Source: Eremomyces bilateralis CBS 781.70 (taxonomy: Eukaryota). Taken from it: a stretch of 64,000 nt of DNA. Below are positions 26,891 through 40,511 of this stretch, piece by piece. How positions within the stretch are numbered: the first letter of the stretch is position 1; the number at the start of each line of letters is the position of its first letter. The stretch is from assembly GCA_010015585.1 (NCBI GenBank), contig ML975151.1; one strand, 5' to 3'. The translations under genes and the position numbers were made by a program. The notes under the pieces are model-generated. The model searched no databases, was not told the DNA's origin, and saw only the letters and a list, made by a program, of their open reading frames with translations.

Positions 26891-27182
26891 GGAGCGAACG
26901 GAAAGTTGAAAAATGATTCAAAATTAGAGAGGAATATTCGCTGGTGAGGTTGGGGCAATTCAATAGAGCACGGAGCGCATGGCTTGGGAGTTATTGCGTG
27001 GCCTTGGGTTCATTGTGTACAATACGTGGGCTATGGGGACTTGTACAATAACGCATCGCACTGGGACCGCTCGAATTCTCCACTTCACCAAGTGTACTCG
27101 GAGACAATGTTGTCGGTAGATCAACAAATTGTTATATTACATGTATATTACATTGAAGGATCAACTGTCTCTATACGTTTTG

Positions 27183-30100
27183 CTACCGATGCTGTCTCAC
27201 ATACTCAGCCAAGACGACCGCCGCGGCCGTCTGCACGTTCAGGCTCCGAACGATACCCAGCTGCCGAATCTCGACAAACGTGTCCATCTCCAGCATCAGC
27301 TCTCCGGGGATACCGTATCGTTCGCTACCTAGCACGAAGACCGCTTTCGTGGGTAGCACGGCCTCCGCTGTACCTAGGATCACGCTATGGTCCGTCTGTT
27401 CAATCCCCACGATCGTATATCCCTCATTCTTTTTCGCTGCCAGCATCTGCTTCAATCCCATCTCCGGACACTCGTGAATCGGCAGATGAACTTCGGAGGA
27501 TACCGAGAGTGCTTTGAATTCCTTGTCCGCGACGACGGATAGCGAGGGGATGTAGAGGCTTCCAGCACCGAACACTTCGGCGCAGCGGCTTAGGCCGCCG
27601 AGGTTGACGGGGTATTCGATGAGCGACGCGACGAGGATCAGGTCGCTGTTTCGGCAGCTTGTCTTCGAGTCGTCTAAGATATTCTCGATCGTGTAGCCTT
27701 TAGTTTGAAGGGGGGCTGCGGCGGTCGCGCCTGCCTCTGCCGCTTGAACCGCCTCTCGCTGTTTCTTCTTCGGTAATTTTACCGGCGGTCGCAGCTCTGG
27801 ATTGCCGAGTGGTAAGGTAGCCGATAAACGGGAGGTATCTAGACCCGATTTTGCATCCTCTTCCCACAGCAGCTGGAAATCCAAGCGTGTCGCTATGGGT
27901 TGCTCGGATGGTTGTGCGTCGATGAACGATCCCTCCACCACGGCTGATAGGCTGCGATCCTCGACAACCCTCATTGGAGGGACACGTCCCGGTACGGCCG
28001 TCTCGGTTTTCAGTTTATGCAAGTATGCCGCGGTATTCTTCAGTATTGGGTTTCCAGTGATCGTATCCCAACCCCGCGATTCGGCATTGTCAAAGAGAAA
28101 AAGGATCGCCCATTGACTTGCGTATCGTACGGCGACGCTCGTGTACATCGACATGGCCATCAACAGCACCATTAACCGACTCGAGAAATCTTCGGACGCG
28201 ACCGGCAGCTGTGCGATGGCTACAGCAGCGCGCACCAAGCTTGAGGTGTATTTCGGGTTGTGGAAATCGTTCGATGCACCTTCGAATGCTCGAAGGAAGT
28301 CGTCGTGCATATCGGGCGTATGATGCAGGAAGCGGACGAGTATCCATTCCACGAGGATGCGGAAACGTGGCATCGCCTCGATCGAGAGCAACCGTAGCAG
28401 GGGCTCGAAATATTGCTTCGAAGTTTCTTGGGAGAAGACGGACTCCGCTAGGATGAATGCGGCCTGCAATTGGGAGGTCCTCTTCCATTTCGCTGGGATG
28501 GTGGCGTCTTTCGTTGACTGATTCGTCCATGGCGTGATGATTCTGTCGAAGAGATCGTAGCAGGCAGAATCATTCAATGCACATAAATGATTGAACATGT
28601 CAAATGTGCATATAAGACTGTAGGATTCGTGAGTGAAGCCGCTACCCAGGCCATAGCGGGTTGAGAGCTCTGGACGGCTGGTAGCAGGCGAGCCGTCCCT
28701 TCCCTTCCCAGCGGGCTCAAGCAGGTACTCCATAGACTCTTCGTACGAAAAGTCTAGCACAATCCTAGGAGGATCAGATACAAATTTGTAAAGGAAAGAA
28801 TCGAGATGGAAAGCCTGGAACGCTTCTGGGTGTTTGAAGAACGCTTCGCGAACGGATCGCATCAGCGAGGGGAGCGTCGCGATCCGGGTTCGACACAGGT
28901 CGAGCAACCCTTCCGCCCAACTCGAGACCAGATCGGCGAATTCTGGGTGTCGCATGCCATGACGGAGGCAATTTTCGTGGAATATGAGCTTGGGGAAGAT
29001 GTGGCAGGTTGCGCGGGGGAAATCTTCGATTTCAAGTCGCTCCCAGATCAGCTGTAATATACGGTCTAAAGCAACTCCTTCCTCTTCTTGGTCTGATGAG
29101 TTAGTCTTTAGGAGATTATAAACGCTCGAACAAACGGACTGTAGTCCCTCTCCTCGCAAGAATCGATAATCTGTGCTCTCAAGGGACCGTAAAAACCCTT
29201 GAAAGGGCTTCGGCTGCAAATCTTCACGAGGAGACGCAAGTTCGATTTTCGGGTGGATTGGTAAACCATGGTCGCTTTCCTGCGTCTCCTGTGTGCTGTC
29301 GCTATGCGGAGATTCCAAGCTCATCTGACTGGCATCTTTCGGTACTTGCGAGATATTTGTGGCAAGTTGACCGATACGCTGAGCGAGGATCCGAACGACT
29401 CTTAAAGCGGAAGGAGGCAGAGACACTTTGGCAGGGAGCTGGAGTTGACGAAATAATTCAACATGCCTATCAGTGATAATATATGGCCTGTACGCAGCGG
29501 ACTGGTATATCCCATGAAGGATGAATGCCAATCCAGTCGGGTTAGGCGGAGGAATTTGGATCAAGTACGTGTTTACGATCTGATGCATAAGCTCGGACGC
29601 CTCATCTTCTTCCAGTCCATTCATTAGTGCCGACAAGAAACTCGAAAGCGCTGCGCCATGCTCGCTGACTATGCGGCGATTCACCCTCAGTAGACTTGAG
29701 GTAAAGTGGGTTCCCTGAGCAGCCCACCCAAGGAACGGGTTGACGATGAGAGATAAAAGGGAAGGCTCTCCCGCCCCGGTTGAAATATTTTGGCGTCGGC
29801 TGAGTGAAGCGAGTAGTTCCGGTCGGTCCATAACCCATTGCGCAATGATGCGTCGGTTCTTGTCTTGCAGCGCCGAATCGAAAGCTGGCGTGAAAAGCAG
29901 GAAAATCCACGATGGATGGACGGGAGAATCGTCGGCGCTGATTTTGTTGAGCTCTGGTATGCAGTCCTCAATCTGATTGAGATACCGTCCGATGATGATC
30001 GTCTCGAATAGAGTGCAGTACCTCTGATAGAAATTCTTGTCGTTTTCAATCTGCTCTTTTCGTATACCGAGCACGGGGGTTTCCCGAGGGTCTTGGATAG

Positions 30101-31045
30101 CATCTAGCGACATCCGCATGATGGCAAGCCCAAGTTTTCTTTGCTGATCGGACCCACGAAGAAGAATCTTCTGCAGAAGTATCCAATAAATATCTTTTCG
30201 AAGCGGTGCCTGAAGCTCGTCGCCCTTAGAGCAGGCTGCAAGTTTCAGCCACACGGCAAGTACACTCGCGATGGACGTCCCGCCATTTTCTCGTTCAGAA
30301 GGCAGCAGTCCCATTACTCGAGACCATACGAGTGAGTGGACGGATACACCTAGAGTAGGTACCATTACTTTGACAGATCCAGTTTTGGATGTTTCGAGCA
30401 GAGTAATGATCACCTGTCTCGCAGCATAACAAATCGCATCATCTTGAGCACCTAGAATGACAAGGAGGTGGCAGAATATGCCTTCGGGGATGACAGTCGG
30501 TACATTGCAGTCGCTGAATAACATGCTCAGAAACAGGACCAAGGAAATGATTTCGCTGCCAGACACAGACTCATCCTGTTCCTTGGGAGCGCGGTATCGC
30601 TGGCTCAGACCATGCGAAACCAAGAATTCTGCTGTCGATGAACTATCACGAATGGATGGGCATCCGGATATATAGTTGCATAAGTGCTCTTCAACTCTGA
30701 GCAGTACGCATGCCCTGACATATTCGGACTTTACAAGAACAGTTGCTAGGCGTCGACTCAGCGATCCAGTATGATCAGGCTCTTTCAATTGGCGAAATAT
30801 TGCATCGCTATAGGATTCGATGACTTTTGATGAGTCTTGCTAGTCTACCATGTTAGATGTTACCGGATTAAAAGTTAATAAGCCGCACAACCTACCAGCT
30901 TGGCCTTGAAAGCAAGTGTAGACAAGATCTGTCCGACTGCGACCAACTGGTCTCCATCGGCGTGGCTGAGATGCGAAGAAACGAATTCTTCTAGGAGCCG
31001 TTGCTGTGGAATGGACTCGGCCAAGTCTACCGCCAAAACGTCCAT
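27183..31045 (-). CDS. TRM3: tRNA (guanosine-18 2'-O)-methyltransferase, SpoU/SPOUT C-terminal domain (Trm3/TARBP1), one 5' intron
   Basis: Long helical protein ending in LVASLIEYPVNLGGLSRCAEVFG, GIEQT, LGSERYGIP and IRQLGIVRSLNVQTA. Exon 1 MDVLAVD... starts at 31045 and splices in frame to the 27183-30788 ORF. Confidence 0.88.
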
Positions 31046-31461
31046 AAGTTAGAGTGACTAGACGGTACATCCATCCAAGTATTGATTAACTATAACAAAA
31101 CTTCGACAACTTTTAAACTAACGATGAATTGTAATTGTTCGGGAGTGATGGAATAACGCAGTCCATTTTTTGATGTGGGACAAAATTGGCAAGCTTCTAG
31201 AAGCGCCAAGCCTTAAACCCGTTGGCGTCGCAACCTGTTTGTTTACACTTTCCTATCAGTGCTACACAGTTCTGTTGTGTGACTGGAGGGAGTGCATACC
31301 GCACAGGCGCACCAACACACTAGATCGACCCACCTCACCAGCCTGACTCGTGTCGCTCCTTCGACTTTAGCAAACAATCGCACTTGCTGGACTTGATGCA
31401 TCTTGTTCAACGGCTAAAATACGCGCAAACTTGGGACTGCATTCACGAATTACTATGCGAC

Positions 31462-33426
31462 ATGGCGATGGACCCGCGGTTTTATCGTGGTCTGTCTTGT
31501 GAGCCACGACTTTACGAATCCACTGCTTCGACCCCCTCGCTCAGGGCTACGGAGCCAGTCCCGGTCGCAATGTCGCCACGACTCGCGATGCACGATCAAG
31601 ACAGCGCGAATGTGAAGGTGGTGGTAAGGGTGAGAGGTTATGTGAAAAGAGGTACAGACTCTTCAATTATCAAGGTGTTATCCGAGCTGCATTCTTATTT
31701 ACCCTGAGCAGAGATCGAACGAGGGGCACAATGTCTGATCAAGATGAACCCCCGCACGCAGACAACGACCCTGCTTGCTCCAAACTCCTTGGACCCAGCA
31801 AATGCAAAAACCAACTCCCGGAAGGTCTTCGAAGAAAAGGCATTCACATTCGACAAGTCATTCTGGTCCCATAGGCTGGAGGATGACCACTATGCGCATC
31901 AGGAAGATGTATACAAATCGTTCGGCGAAGAGTTCCTCGACCACAACTTTGATGGATACCATACCTGCATTTTCGCATACGGCCAGACTGGCTCGGGGAA
32001 AAGCTACACAATGATGGGCACTCCAGAGCAACCTGGACTTATCCCTCGAACATGTCGCGAGCTGTTCGGTCGAATAGAGCGAGATCCTTCGCCCAACACC
32101 ACCTACAATGTCCACGTCTCTTACTTTGAAGTGTATAACGAACATGTACGGGACCTACTTGTGCCACGAACGAATCCACCTCATTACCTAAAAATCCGCG
32201 AGTCGCAGACGGACGGTGTGTATGTCCAAGGATTGACCGATGCACCGGCGAAGAACTACGAGGATGTTGAACGTCTTATGAAAATGGGCGATAGTGTATG
32301 AACTACGTGTCTGTGGCGAAGAGATCGCGCTGACTAGGATACTTAGACCCGAACAACCGCGTCCACGAAAATGAACGACACGTCTTCGCGATCCCACGCC
32401 GTCTTCACCATCCAGCTGAAGCAGATCCAACACTCCCTTACCACAGATGAGACGATCGAGAGCTCCGCACGTATGCGACTCGTCGACCTCGCTGGTTCCG
32501 AGCGAGCAAAAGCGACCGAAGCGACCGGACAACGGCTCCTCGAAGGAGGAAAAATCAACAAGTCCCTCACCACACTCGGTCGCGTCATCGCTGCCTTAGC
32601 CGATCCACGACGGCAAGGAGGACCGAACGGAACACCGAGGAAAGCCGCACCGAGAGATATCGTCCCGTACAGAGACAGTGTCCTGACGTGGTTGCTAAAG
32701 GACAGCTTAGGTGGCAACAGCAAAACCGCGATGGTCGCATGCATTTCACCGTGCGACTATGACGAGACATTATCCACCCTGCGCTACGCCGACCAAGCCA
32801 AGCGAATCCGCACCCGTGCAACCGCCAACGTCGACGCCATCTCCGCCGCCGAACGCGACGCCCAGATCGAAATGATGGCCGAGACGATCCGAAGCCTGCA
32901 AACAACCATCAACGTGACGCGTGTGCGGCGCGAGAAAGAAGAAGAAGGCCTGGAAGACTACCAGAAACAGGTCAACAAAATGCAGCGACTGATGGAAGAG
33001 ACCCGCGCAGTCAGCGATGCGAAGGTTAAAGCGCTGGCGGCCGAGGCGGAGGAGTTGCGGGTCGCGAATGAGAAATTGGTGGACGAGACGGCGGCGTTGC
33101 GGAGGCATTTGGGGCTGGTGTTGGGCGAGCTGAAGAATCCGATCGTCATTCCGAGCGCGCAGCCCGTGGCGTCGGTCGTGCCGGTTCCAGCGATGACGAC
33201 GATCGATTTCGAATATACAGCGGAGGACAAGGAAAATGGGCAGGCGAAGGAGACTGATGGAGAGGGATACATTGAACCGGAGGCGACGCACGGTGATTGG
33301 GCTGCCGAAGTATCAGAGGAGGCAAACGAGTTTTTGAAAGAGTTGGGTCTCTTCCGGCGGAAGATTGGCGATGATACCCAGCGTTTCGGCAGTCGAGGCC
33401 CGCTCGTGGAAGTGCGCGTCAATTGA
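31462..33426 (+). CDS. Short fungal kinesin-3 (UncB/NcKin3-type), two introns
   Basis: [71 protein letters not shown]; short coiled-coil tail without FHA or PH domains. Confidence 0.92.
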
Positions 33427-33552
33427 GGTTTGGTGGGCACATCTGCAAAGGGCGCAAGGAGTTATTCTGTTCATTGTATAGCAGACTGGCTTGCCAAGAG
33501 GGCAGCATTATGAGACTACGCAGCAAAATTTGGAAATACTCAATAGGAGAGC

Positions 33553-36346
33553 TCATCGTTTCGTCGGGGCAAGTTGTGCGATCATGCGATCGAGTTCGCC
33601 GACTGTGTTGCCCGCCGCCTTGCTCTTCAGATCATGGAGCGCGCCCAGGTCCTTCGCTTTGAGCGCCTCTTCCCCCGCCCGAACTATGAGACCGCATTTC
33701 AACCACATTTCGATCCGGTCGGATACCGTCAACCCCGTGCACTTCGGGATGAATAGGGACGCTGTGCGCGTGTTGCCGGCGGCGAGGATTTCGTTGTAGA
33801 ATGGCTATCGACACGTGTCAGTAACTGTCACCATAGTGGAGTACAGATTCAAAACTCACCTCCCAGCTAATCGGGCTGCGCTTAACCTTCGCCATCTCTT
33901 CCAGCTCAATCCAATCTCGTTTCGACACCAGCGCTCGCAGCCGGATCCACCAGAAGGACTTCTCCGGGACCTTGAACTCGGACTGCACGCGTTGCGCTCG
34001 CTTGAGCTGCCCGATGCGGACCAGCTTGAAAATGGTCTCGTTGACCGAAAGGCCCGTGAATCCCGGCCCGGCATCCTTCTCGATCGCATCTTGTATCTTC
34101 AGCAAGCGTTGGGTCTCATCGATGCATTTCGCCTGGAACGTGTTCTCTTTGGAGTCCTGGAGAAGCTTCGCGGCGAGTTTCAGCTTCTCCAGCCGTGCCG
34201 AGAGGACTTTCTGCGCCAGCGCTTCGTCGAAGAGAAGATTACACCCATCGTCGCGTCGATCATCTTGATAGAAAAGATCTTTCAGCAACTCTTTGTCTTG
34301 GTCGGCTGCCAAGGCTTGGACGAGCGCAGTCGCGACTGGTCGACCGTTGATGGTTCGGAAGAAGGATGCCAAGGGCAGTTTCTTCTTCAGTTGCAGCAAG
34401 ACCGAGTAGACCAGATCGGGATCGCCGCTTTCTACCGCTTTGTCAAGGGCGATGACATCTTCCTTCATGTTCAATAATAGTGGCACCTGCTTTCCCGCTC
34501 GAGGTTCGTAGTTTAGCAACTCCGTGGCAAGCTTTGCTCGTCCTTCGTCGTAAGCAGCTTGTGCGATCTCCTCGAACGAGATTCCTTTCTTACCGTTCAA
34601 CTTCTGAACGATGATTCGGCAAATTGCATCGTCGCTATCCAACGACACCTTGACCTTTTGGCTCGCCCAATGGACGTATATCCTTTCCGTTGGAAGATGC
34701 AGAAAATCTGAGAGTTTTAGCGCGAGCAGATACTCTTGCCGATTGATGAGACGCTCAATGAGCCTCTCCGGCGTTAAGCGGAGATACTGCTCGTATGAAA
34801 GCGGAATTCCAATTTCATAGAACCGCACGGCATTTAGAACTCGCAGCGTCTCACACATCTCGACGAACTCATCGCTGTTGTACAGATCGAGAACCGATTT
34901 GCCGAGGGACGCAGCTTTCATGAGCTGCTTCTGCCAGTGCACGTCATACTCATGGCCAGCTGCCTTGACGCATGTATCAACGGCTTCATCAAGGTTTGAG
35001 CGGATCATTTGTATATCATCATCTGCCTTCGGTGACTTTTGCTCCAGCTGTTCAACGGCATCTAAAAGTACAGATGCAGGTGATGTTGAACCAAGCCGGA
35101 AGACCTCCTCGACCGAGTCTTGGATTTAATTAGCAGCGGCTTGGATACCAAGTTCGGTGACGATTTACCTGGAACCCTCTGGATGAACTCGCATGCATCG
35201 TTGGTAAATAGTCGAATTCCATCAATGTCAGGAACCAGTTGAACCCAGTTATCGTAATAATACCTAAGATGATTAGCATAATCCATCAAGTCGTTGAGTT
35301 GGCCTACTTCGATGATGCCCCGTTTGGTCCGATGAGATGCACCTCGTCCTCCCACGCAACTATCACGGCGTTATTGCCGCACCAATGCAGGTCTTTTGGC
35401 AATGTCTTCACTCGCGTATCGTATTCGCTGAAGCGGTTCTGAAAATCGCTTGAAACGACCCAAACCTTGCCATCATCGGTATACAAAGCGACAAACTTCC
35501 CATTCGGTGATACGGCAAGATGTCGAAACGGGCCACGATCGAGCCCTCGATCTTCTGCCTCTGTCGCATCGAGAACAAAAACCGTCCGGTCGATTGCGAA
35601 GAGGACTTCTACTGAGCGTGACAAGGAGTCGCCTGGGGCTATCAACGTCCAGCAGTGGATTTCGCCTTCGGGATGGGCGGCAAGGACTTTTGGACGGGGT
35701 TCTTCATATTTCGAAACGGTGACAAATTCATTGTTCCCCAGGAGGGCAACGAATCCGGTCGACCAGAATCTGCATGATATAACTCCATGTTCATCCGCAC
35801 CCTACCATTATTAGCGATCTGCGCCGAAGAAGTTCGAGCCTGCGAGTCAAACACACATGCGCAAGGTTGAATGGAATAAAGTCGCCTTGAAAGTCGTAGT
35901 ACACCCGGACTGTACCGTCTTCCGTGACGACAATGAGCTTCTCATCTTCAGACCACCCAAGCCCTTTAATGGCACCCTTGTCCCACTAAAAAAAGTTAGC
36001 CATTATATCCGTGTTGATTGCTAGGCATTGGTGCGTTACATTTATGCGGCGAAGAAGCTTGCCTGCACAGCTGTAGATGTCGATCGCAGCTTTTGCTGTC
36101 GATCCACTCCGGACGGTTTGGAGTTTATTTTCATTCCTATGGAATGCTATCCGATGGATTAGAGAATGTATCGACGGAATTTATGAGACGTCAATGCCCA
36201 CCTAGCGCTCCGCTGTATGGTGCTCCAGCCACCAGATAATTCTCTAGCTCTAGTTCTGTGTCAAAGACAGCGGTATAGAGCTGCACCTTGCGATAGAATC
36301 GGTCGCCCACCTTGTCCCATCCGGACATAGGCTTTGACGCGGACAT
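33553..36346 (-). CDS. VPS16: Vacuolar protein sorting protein 16 (HOPS/CORVET), multi-exon
   Basis: N-terminus WDKVGDRFYRK, LVAGAPYSG, LEQKSPKADD, WQKQLMKAASLGK, LRVLNAVR, EPRAGKQVPLLL, and SPISWE. Confidence 0.94.
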
Positions 36347-38632
36347 AGTTAATTACGCATGGAAGGTCATTAGACAATCTGCATCATCGTCCAAATAACA
36401 ACAAGCGGAAATGGAGCATTCTTTGCAATGATGGGGATCTCCTTTTCGGGTTAACCTGGGCACTTGTCACGAGGCCTTCCTGGAAAACATGAGCTCGGGA
36501 TATCGGAACTGCTCTCCGCTCGCGACCTATTCTGACTCAGATACAAAGCTGAAATCCGGCTAGTTGGGAAATTGATCACGTTCAATTAGACATCTCCAGG
36601 TCTCCACACAATTGGCAACACACGTGATGAGGCTCCCCGTCCCCGAAACTCGCCAAGAAAAGGTTATTTTGACTTCAGGTCTAATTTCCAGCCCTATCAC
36701 TCATTTCGTATCCTCGATAGAAATGTATTAATTCATAAAATTCCTGGTTTCGTTCGCTACAATAGATTGCCGGGGTGATGGTGAATCCGGGGGCACTCTT
36801 GCAGGATCACCAGTCTAGGAACCAGCGCCAACCCAACCAAATTGTACCTGTACGGTGGAAGGCACTGCATAAAAGGAGACTGAATTCACATCTTATTTCC
36901 GACTTTTTATTGAAAGAATGACGCTATGTTTGAGATGTCGATGCCCTTAATGTATGCGTTTTCATTGCCTCCAATTTTAAAAGAACATTCTGTTTCATTT
37001 CAAGTCTTCAATTCGAATTACCGGTTTGTCGAGAGTCCTACTGTTGCCCAACAAAAGCCTGTCCTCTGCTAGTCAAGTTCTCCCTTCTCGTTAGTTCTAC
37101 TGTCTTGTTAGTTCCTTCCTGCTTTTAATTCGCATTCAACCCAGCAGATCCTCCAAGCCAGGGCAAGCCAAGGCAAGACAGCGGCATAGCTGGGAATGTT
37201 CGTGGTTAAACCATTCACTTTATCTACTCTGTCAAACCTTGGGCTTTTGGTTTCCCATTGCAGCATAGGAATCAGTCAGTTTAGTTAACTTATCTTACTC
37301 TACTTTCTCTACGGCCACCACTTGGTGGTGCGAGTTGATTGTGCAGTATTCCCCCGAAAGCACATTGCGTCTGCGAGGAAGCAAAATGCATTGAAATGAG
37401 CAGACAATACTGGCTTCTTGCATCCTGCCAGTGCTTACTGGCTCTCGATCACACATTAGTCATGCCGAGGTATCGACATACTCCAACCTGAGACGATCGT
37501 AAATGATTTTAGCTGCTCGAAATGGCGTGTAATTAGATTGGTACGCTCAGGGCAGTGAGTCACTGCAAAGTCCAGCTCTGTGAGAGATTCCATGGTTTCA
37601 TAGGAGAAGAGTTTGGCGCAAAACGCAATAGAAATTATATTGGCCAATCTGATGTTCCTACCAAGTTTCTTAGTGTACTCTACCCAGGGTTCCGCCGAAG
37701 CTCAGACTTTGCCCTTACCAAATTCCTACCACAGCTGAATCCGAACGAAATCCCCAACTACAAGATGAAATGATGCTGTAAGGAGGAAACGAGCAGCGAT
37801 CTTGCTCAGGATGAATATGAATAATGTGAGAAGGCACGTAGGAACTTTCTCGAGCGTCAACGGTCGCCAACTGATGGATTGGGACCCTGGAGTTGTGAAG
37901 AATCAGCCGATAGGGGTTGGCACGGGTGGCATAACTCGACCAAGGCTACTCGCTGGTACTTCACGGTTCCCCTAGAAAATTTTGGTCACGACCCAGCTGA
38001 GAGTGTCCGAATCGCCAGCTGTCCGAATCGCCCTCCAACGTAAGTACGTGGTTTCACCCCCGCTCCGAACTCTCCTTCCTTTTTCTTCTTTTATTCACGG
38101 TGAGTGAGCTATTGACTTGGTGAGGCGGACTCTTTTCGCAATCTTTTCTGGCAGGCATGATCCTCAGATCGCCTGTCGGGCCCGCAGTCGACTGAAGGCG
38201 ATCCGTACAGACGTTTATCCGGTCTGTAGCGTGGGTGCGATAGCATTTATGTTAACTCAACATGTTTGGCGCGGCCGGGTATCGCAAGGATTGAGCGAGC
38301 TTCAGGCTTCGTGCCTCTTGGGAGGGTTACCTCATCAGTTCACTGCGGGGGTCTGGTGTTGGTATTGTGAAGTACTACGATCCGTTCGGACGAGTGCCTA
38401 GCAGCCTCCTTATGTCCTTGTTACCATCTCACTCAGCCTTTCATCTCAGGTACGTCTGTCTTTGCGCACTAACTCGAACCGCAGGTGTTTTGCATGTTCT
38501 CTGCTTACCCATAGCGCCCCTCAGTCATCGTCAGCTTGCGGGCGCTTCACAGGCTTCCCCAGCTGCCGTCACCTATCATGGTGCGTAGCCCCCGGGCAAC
38601 AAGTAAGATCCACTTCGCTTTCACTCTTCACA

Positions 38633-39035
38633 CAGTGATGCGTTCAGTTCTTCTCATTCATCCTGGGACCCTAAGTGGTCATTCATAATCGTCTTGCATG
38701 TACGTTTTTCTTGTCTTTGCTTTTTGTCAGTCAGTGATGTAGTCAGTTGTTTTCCTTTATCCCGTGGACCCTGAGTGGTCATCGCCGCCTCGCATGTATG
38801 TTCTTCTTCCATTTGCTTCTTGCCAGACAGAGATGCGTTCAGGTTTTTGCCTTCATCCTTTGAATCCTGAGTGGTCATCACCGCCTTGTATGTTCACCCT
38901 CCTCCTTTTTTGTCAGACGGTGATGCGTTCAATTCTTCTTCATGGCGGGATCTGGTGAGTAATCTTTTCATGTATGTTCGCCTTCCATTTTGTTCTTGTC
39001 AGACAGTAATATGCGCTCAGCGTTTCTCTTCATCA
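38633..39035 (+). repeat. Degenerate tandem repeat, about 4.3 copies of an 86-99 bp unit
   Basis: Unit CAGTGATGCGTTCAG...CCTGAGTGGTCATC...GTATGTT...TTGTCAGA starts at 38633, 38732, 38828, 38918 and 39004. Confidence 0.85.
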
Positions 39036-40279
39036 GTTACCAACACCGCTACAAGGCAAGCACTCCATCCATTCACTGTTGAGTTGCCAATACACGTTGT
39101 CCTCGTCGTCGTGCACTGCCGTTCCACCTCGTCATCTCCACTACATCACAGTCCTCTCATCGCTGACTTCCAGTCCACTCTACCTTCGCGAGCCTTCCTC
39201 GCTGCGCCCGGCTTCTCAGCCACAGGTCAGTTCCTTCTGTTCTCCCCCCCCGCAATGTGTGAATCTGACATTAAAATAGGAATTTCGTCTCGTCTTGTCA
39301 GACAGTTTGGTTCCCATTGGTGGTCGCCCAGGGACTTCGCCCCCGCCAGTCAGTATCAACCCTGCGATTTTGCTTTTTCTCACTGGCTCAGCCGTCCAGA
39401 TTCCTCATCATCCTCTCTAGTTTGGTTCCCATCGAAGGTCACCTAGTCGAAGGCCACCTAGGAACTTCGTCGCCATCGGTGAGTAGCATCGCCACACTTC
39501 TGCTTATCCTTGCTGACTTAACGTCCAGATTCCTCACCGTTCTCTCTCGCTCGAGCCCAGGGATGGGGCGGGTACTCATCATCTTCGGACATCATCACTT
39601 CTGGCTCTGAGCAAGCTTCCAACCTCACCGGCCTTCAATCTCATCGGCTTCCAACCTCATCGGACGATCCTCCAACAGCCGCCTCCACTAGTATGTGTGC
39701 TCCATGTGCAATTTTCCCCTACAGTTCACTATTAACACTATCTCAGCTTCCACCTCCACATTACCTCACAGCTCGATCCACGCGACAGGGGCGGGTACTC
39801 ATCACGGTTTTCAACTTTTCGGACCTCGAGCACAATAAATTTTTGTCACACTTTATTTGACACCCAGCGACTTTGGCTTTGCCAGTTTGTGACCACGGTC
39901 TTCTGTTTCCTGACTTCTTGTAGCCAACATGCTCCCAGCTTCCTTGCGTCTTCCATCATTTCGGCGTCTTGCAATCGTCATCTGCATTCGTCATCCTCAT
40001 TTCGGTATCCTCTTCGTCGTCTGCATTCATCAGCTTTCGGCATCTTTGTTTCGCGACTGCATTCATCACTGCTTTCGCCATGCTTATTTCGACATCCTCT
40101 TTCGTCGTCTGCCTTTCAGCATCGTTTTGGCATCCTCAATTTCGCTCCTGGATTTCAGCGTCTTTATTTTGGCGTCCTGATTTCCTTGCCTATTTCCAGC
40201 GCTTGCATCCTCATTGGGCACCTGCTTTCGGTATCATTCCGATGTGCTTACATCATCAGTCAATTTAGTCGCATCTCTG

Positions 40280-40511
40280 AATCTCCTCATCTCGGTTTTC
40301 TTCTCACGGCTACTGCATCTCGGTTTCTTTATCGCGGCCTCCTCATCATGGCCTCTTCATCGCGGCCTCCTCGCCATGGCCTCTTCCTCATGGTCTCCTC
40401 ATCTCAGTTTTTTCATCATGGCTCCTAATCACGGCATCCTCATCATGGGCTCCTCTTAACGGCCTCCTCATCACGGCCTCCTCACGGTCTCCTCATGGCC
40501 TCCTCATCTCA
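40280..40511. repeat. Low-complexity minisatellite, about 15-bp unit (GGCCTCCTCATCA(C/T))
   Basis: Repeated cggcctcctcatcat / ggcctcttcatcgc / ggcctcctcgccat / ggcctcctcatcac. Confidence 0.75.

Noticed and set aside
38633..39035. CRISPR-like array or box C/D snoRNA cluster (TGATG...CTGA in the units)
   Set aside because: Units are similar along their whole length, with no unique spacers and no cas genes. The box C matches are imperfect and lie only about 35 nt from CTGA.
39889..40459. Several 80-180 aa ORFs on the + strand
   Set aside because: Low-complexity translations of pyrimidine-rich repeats, open in several frames at once, with no consistent coding signal.
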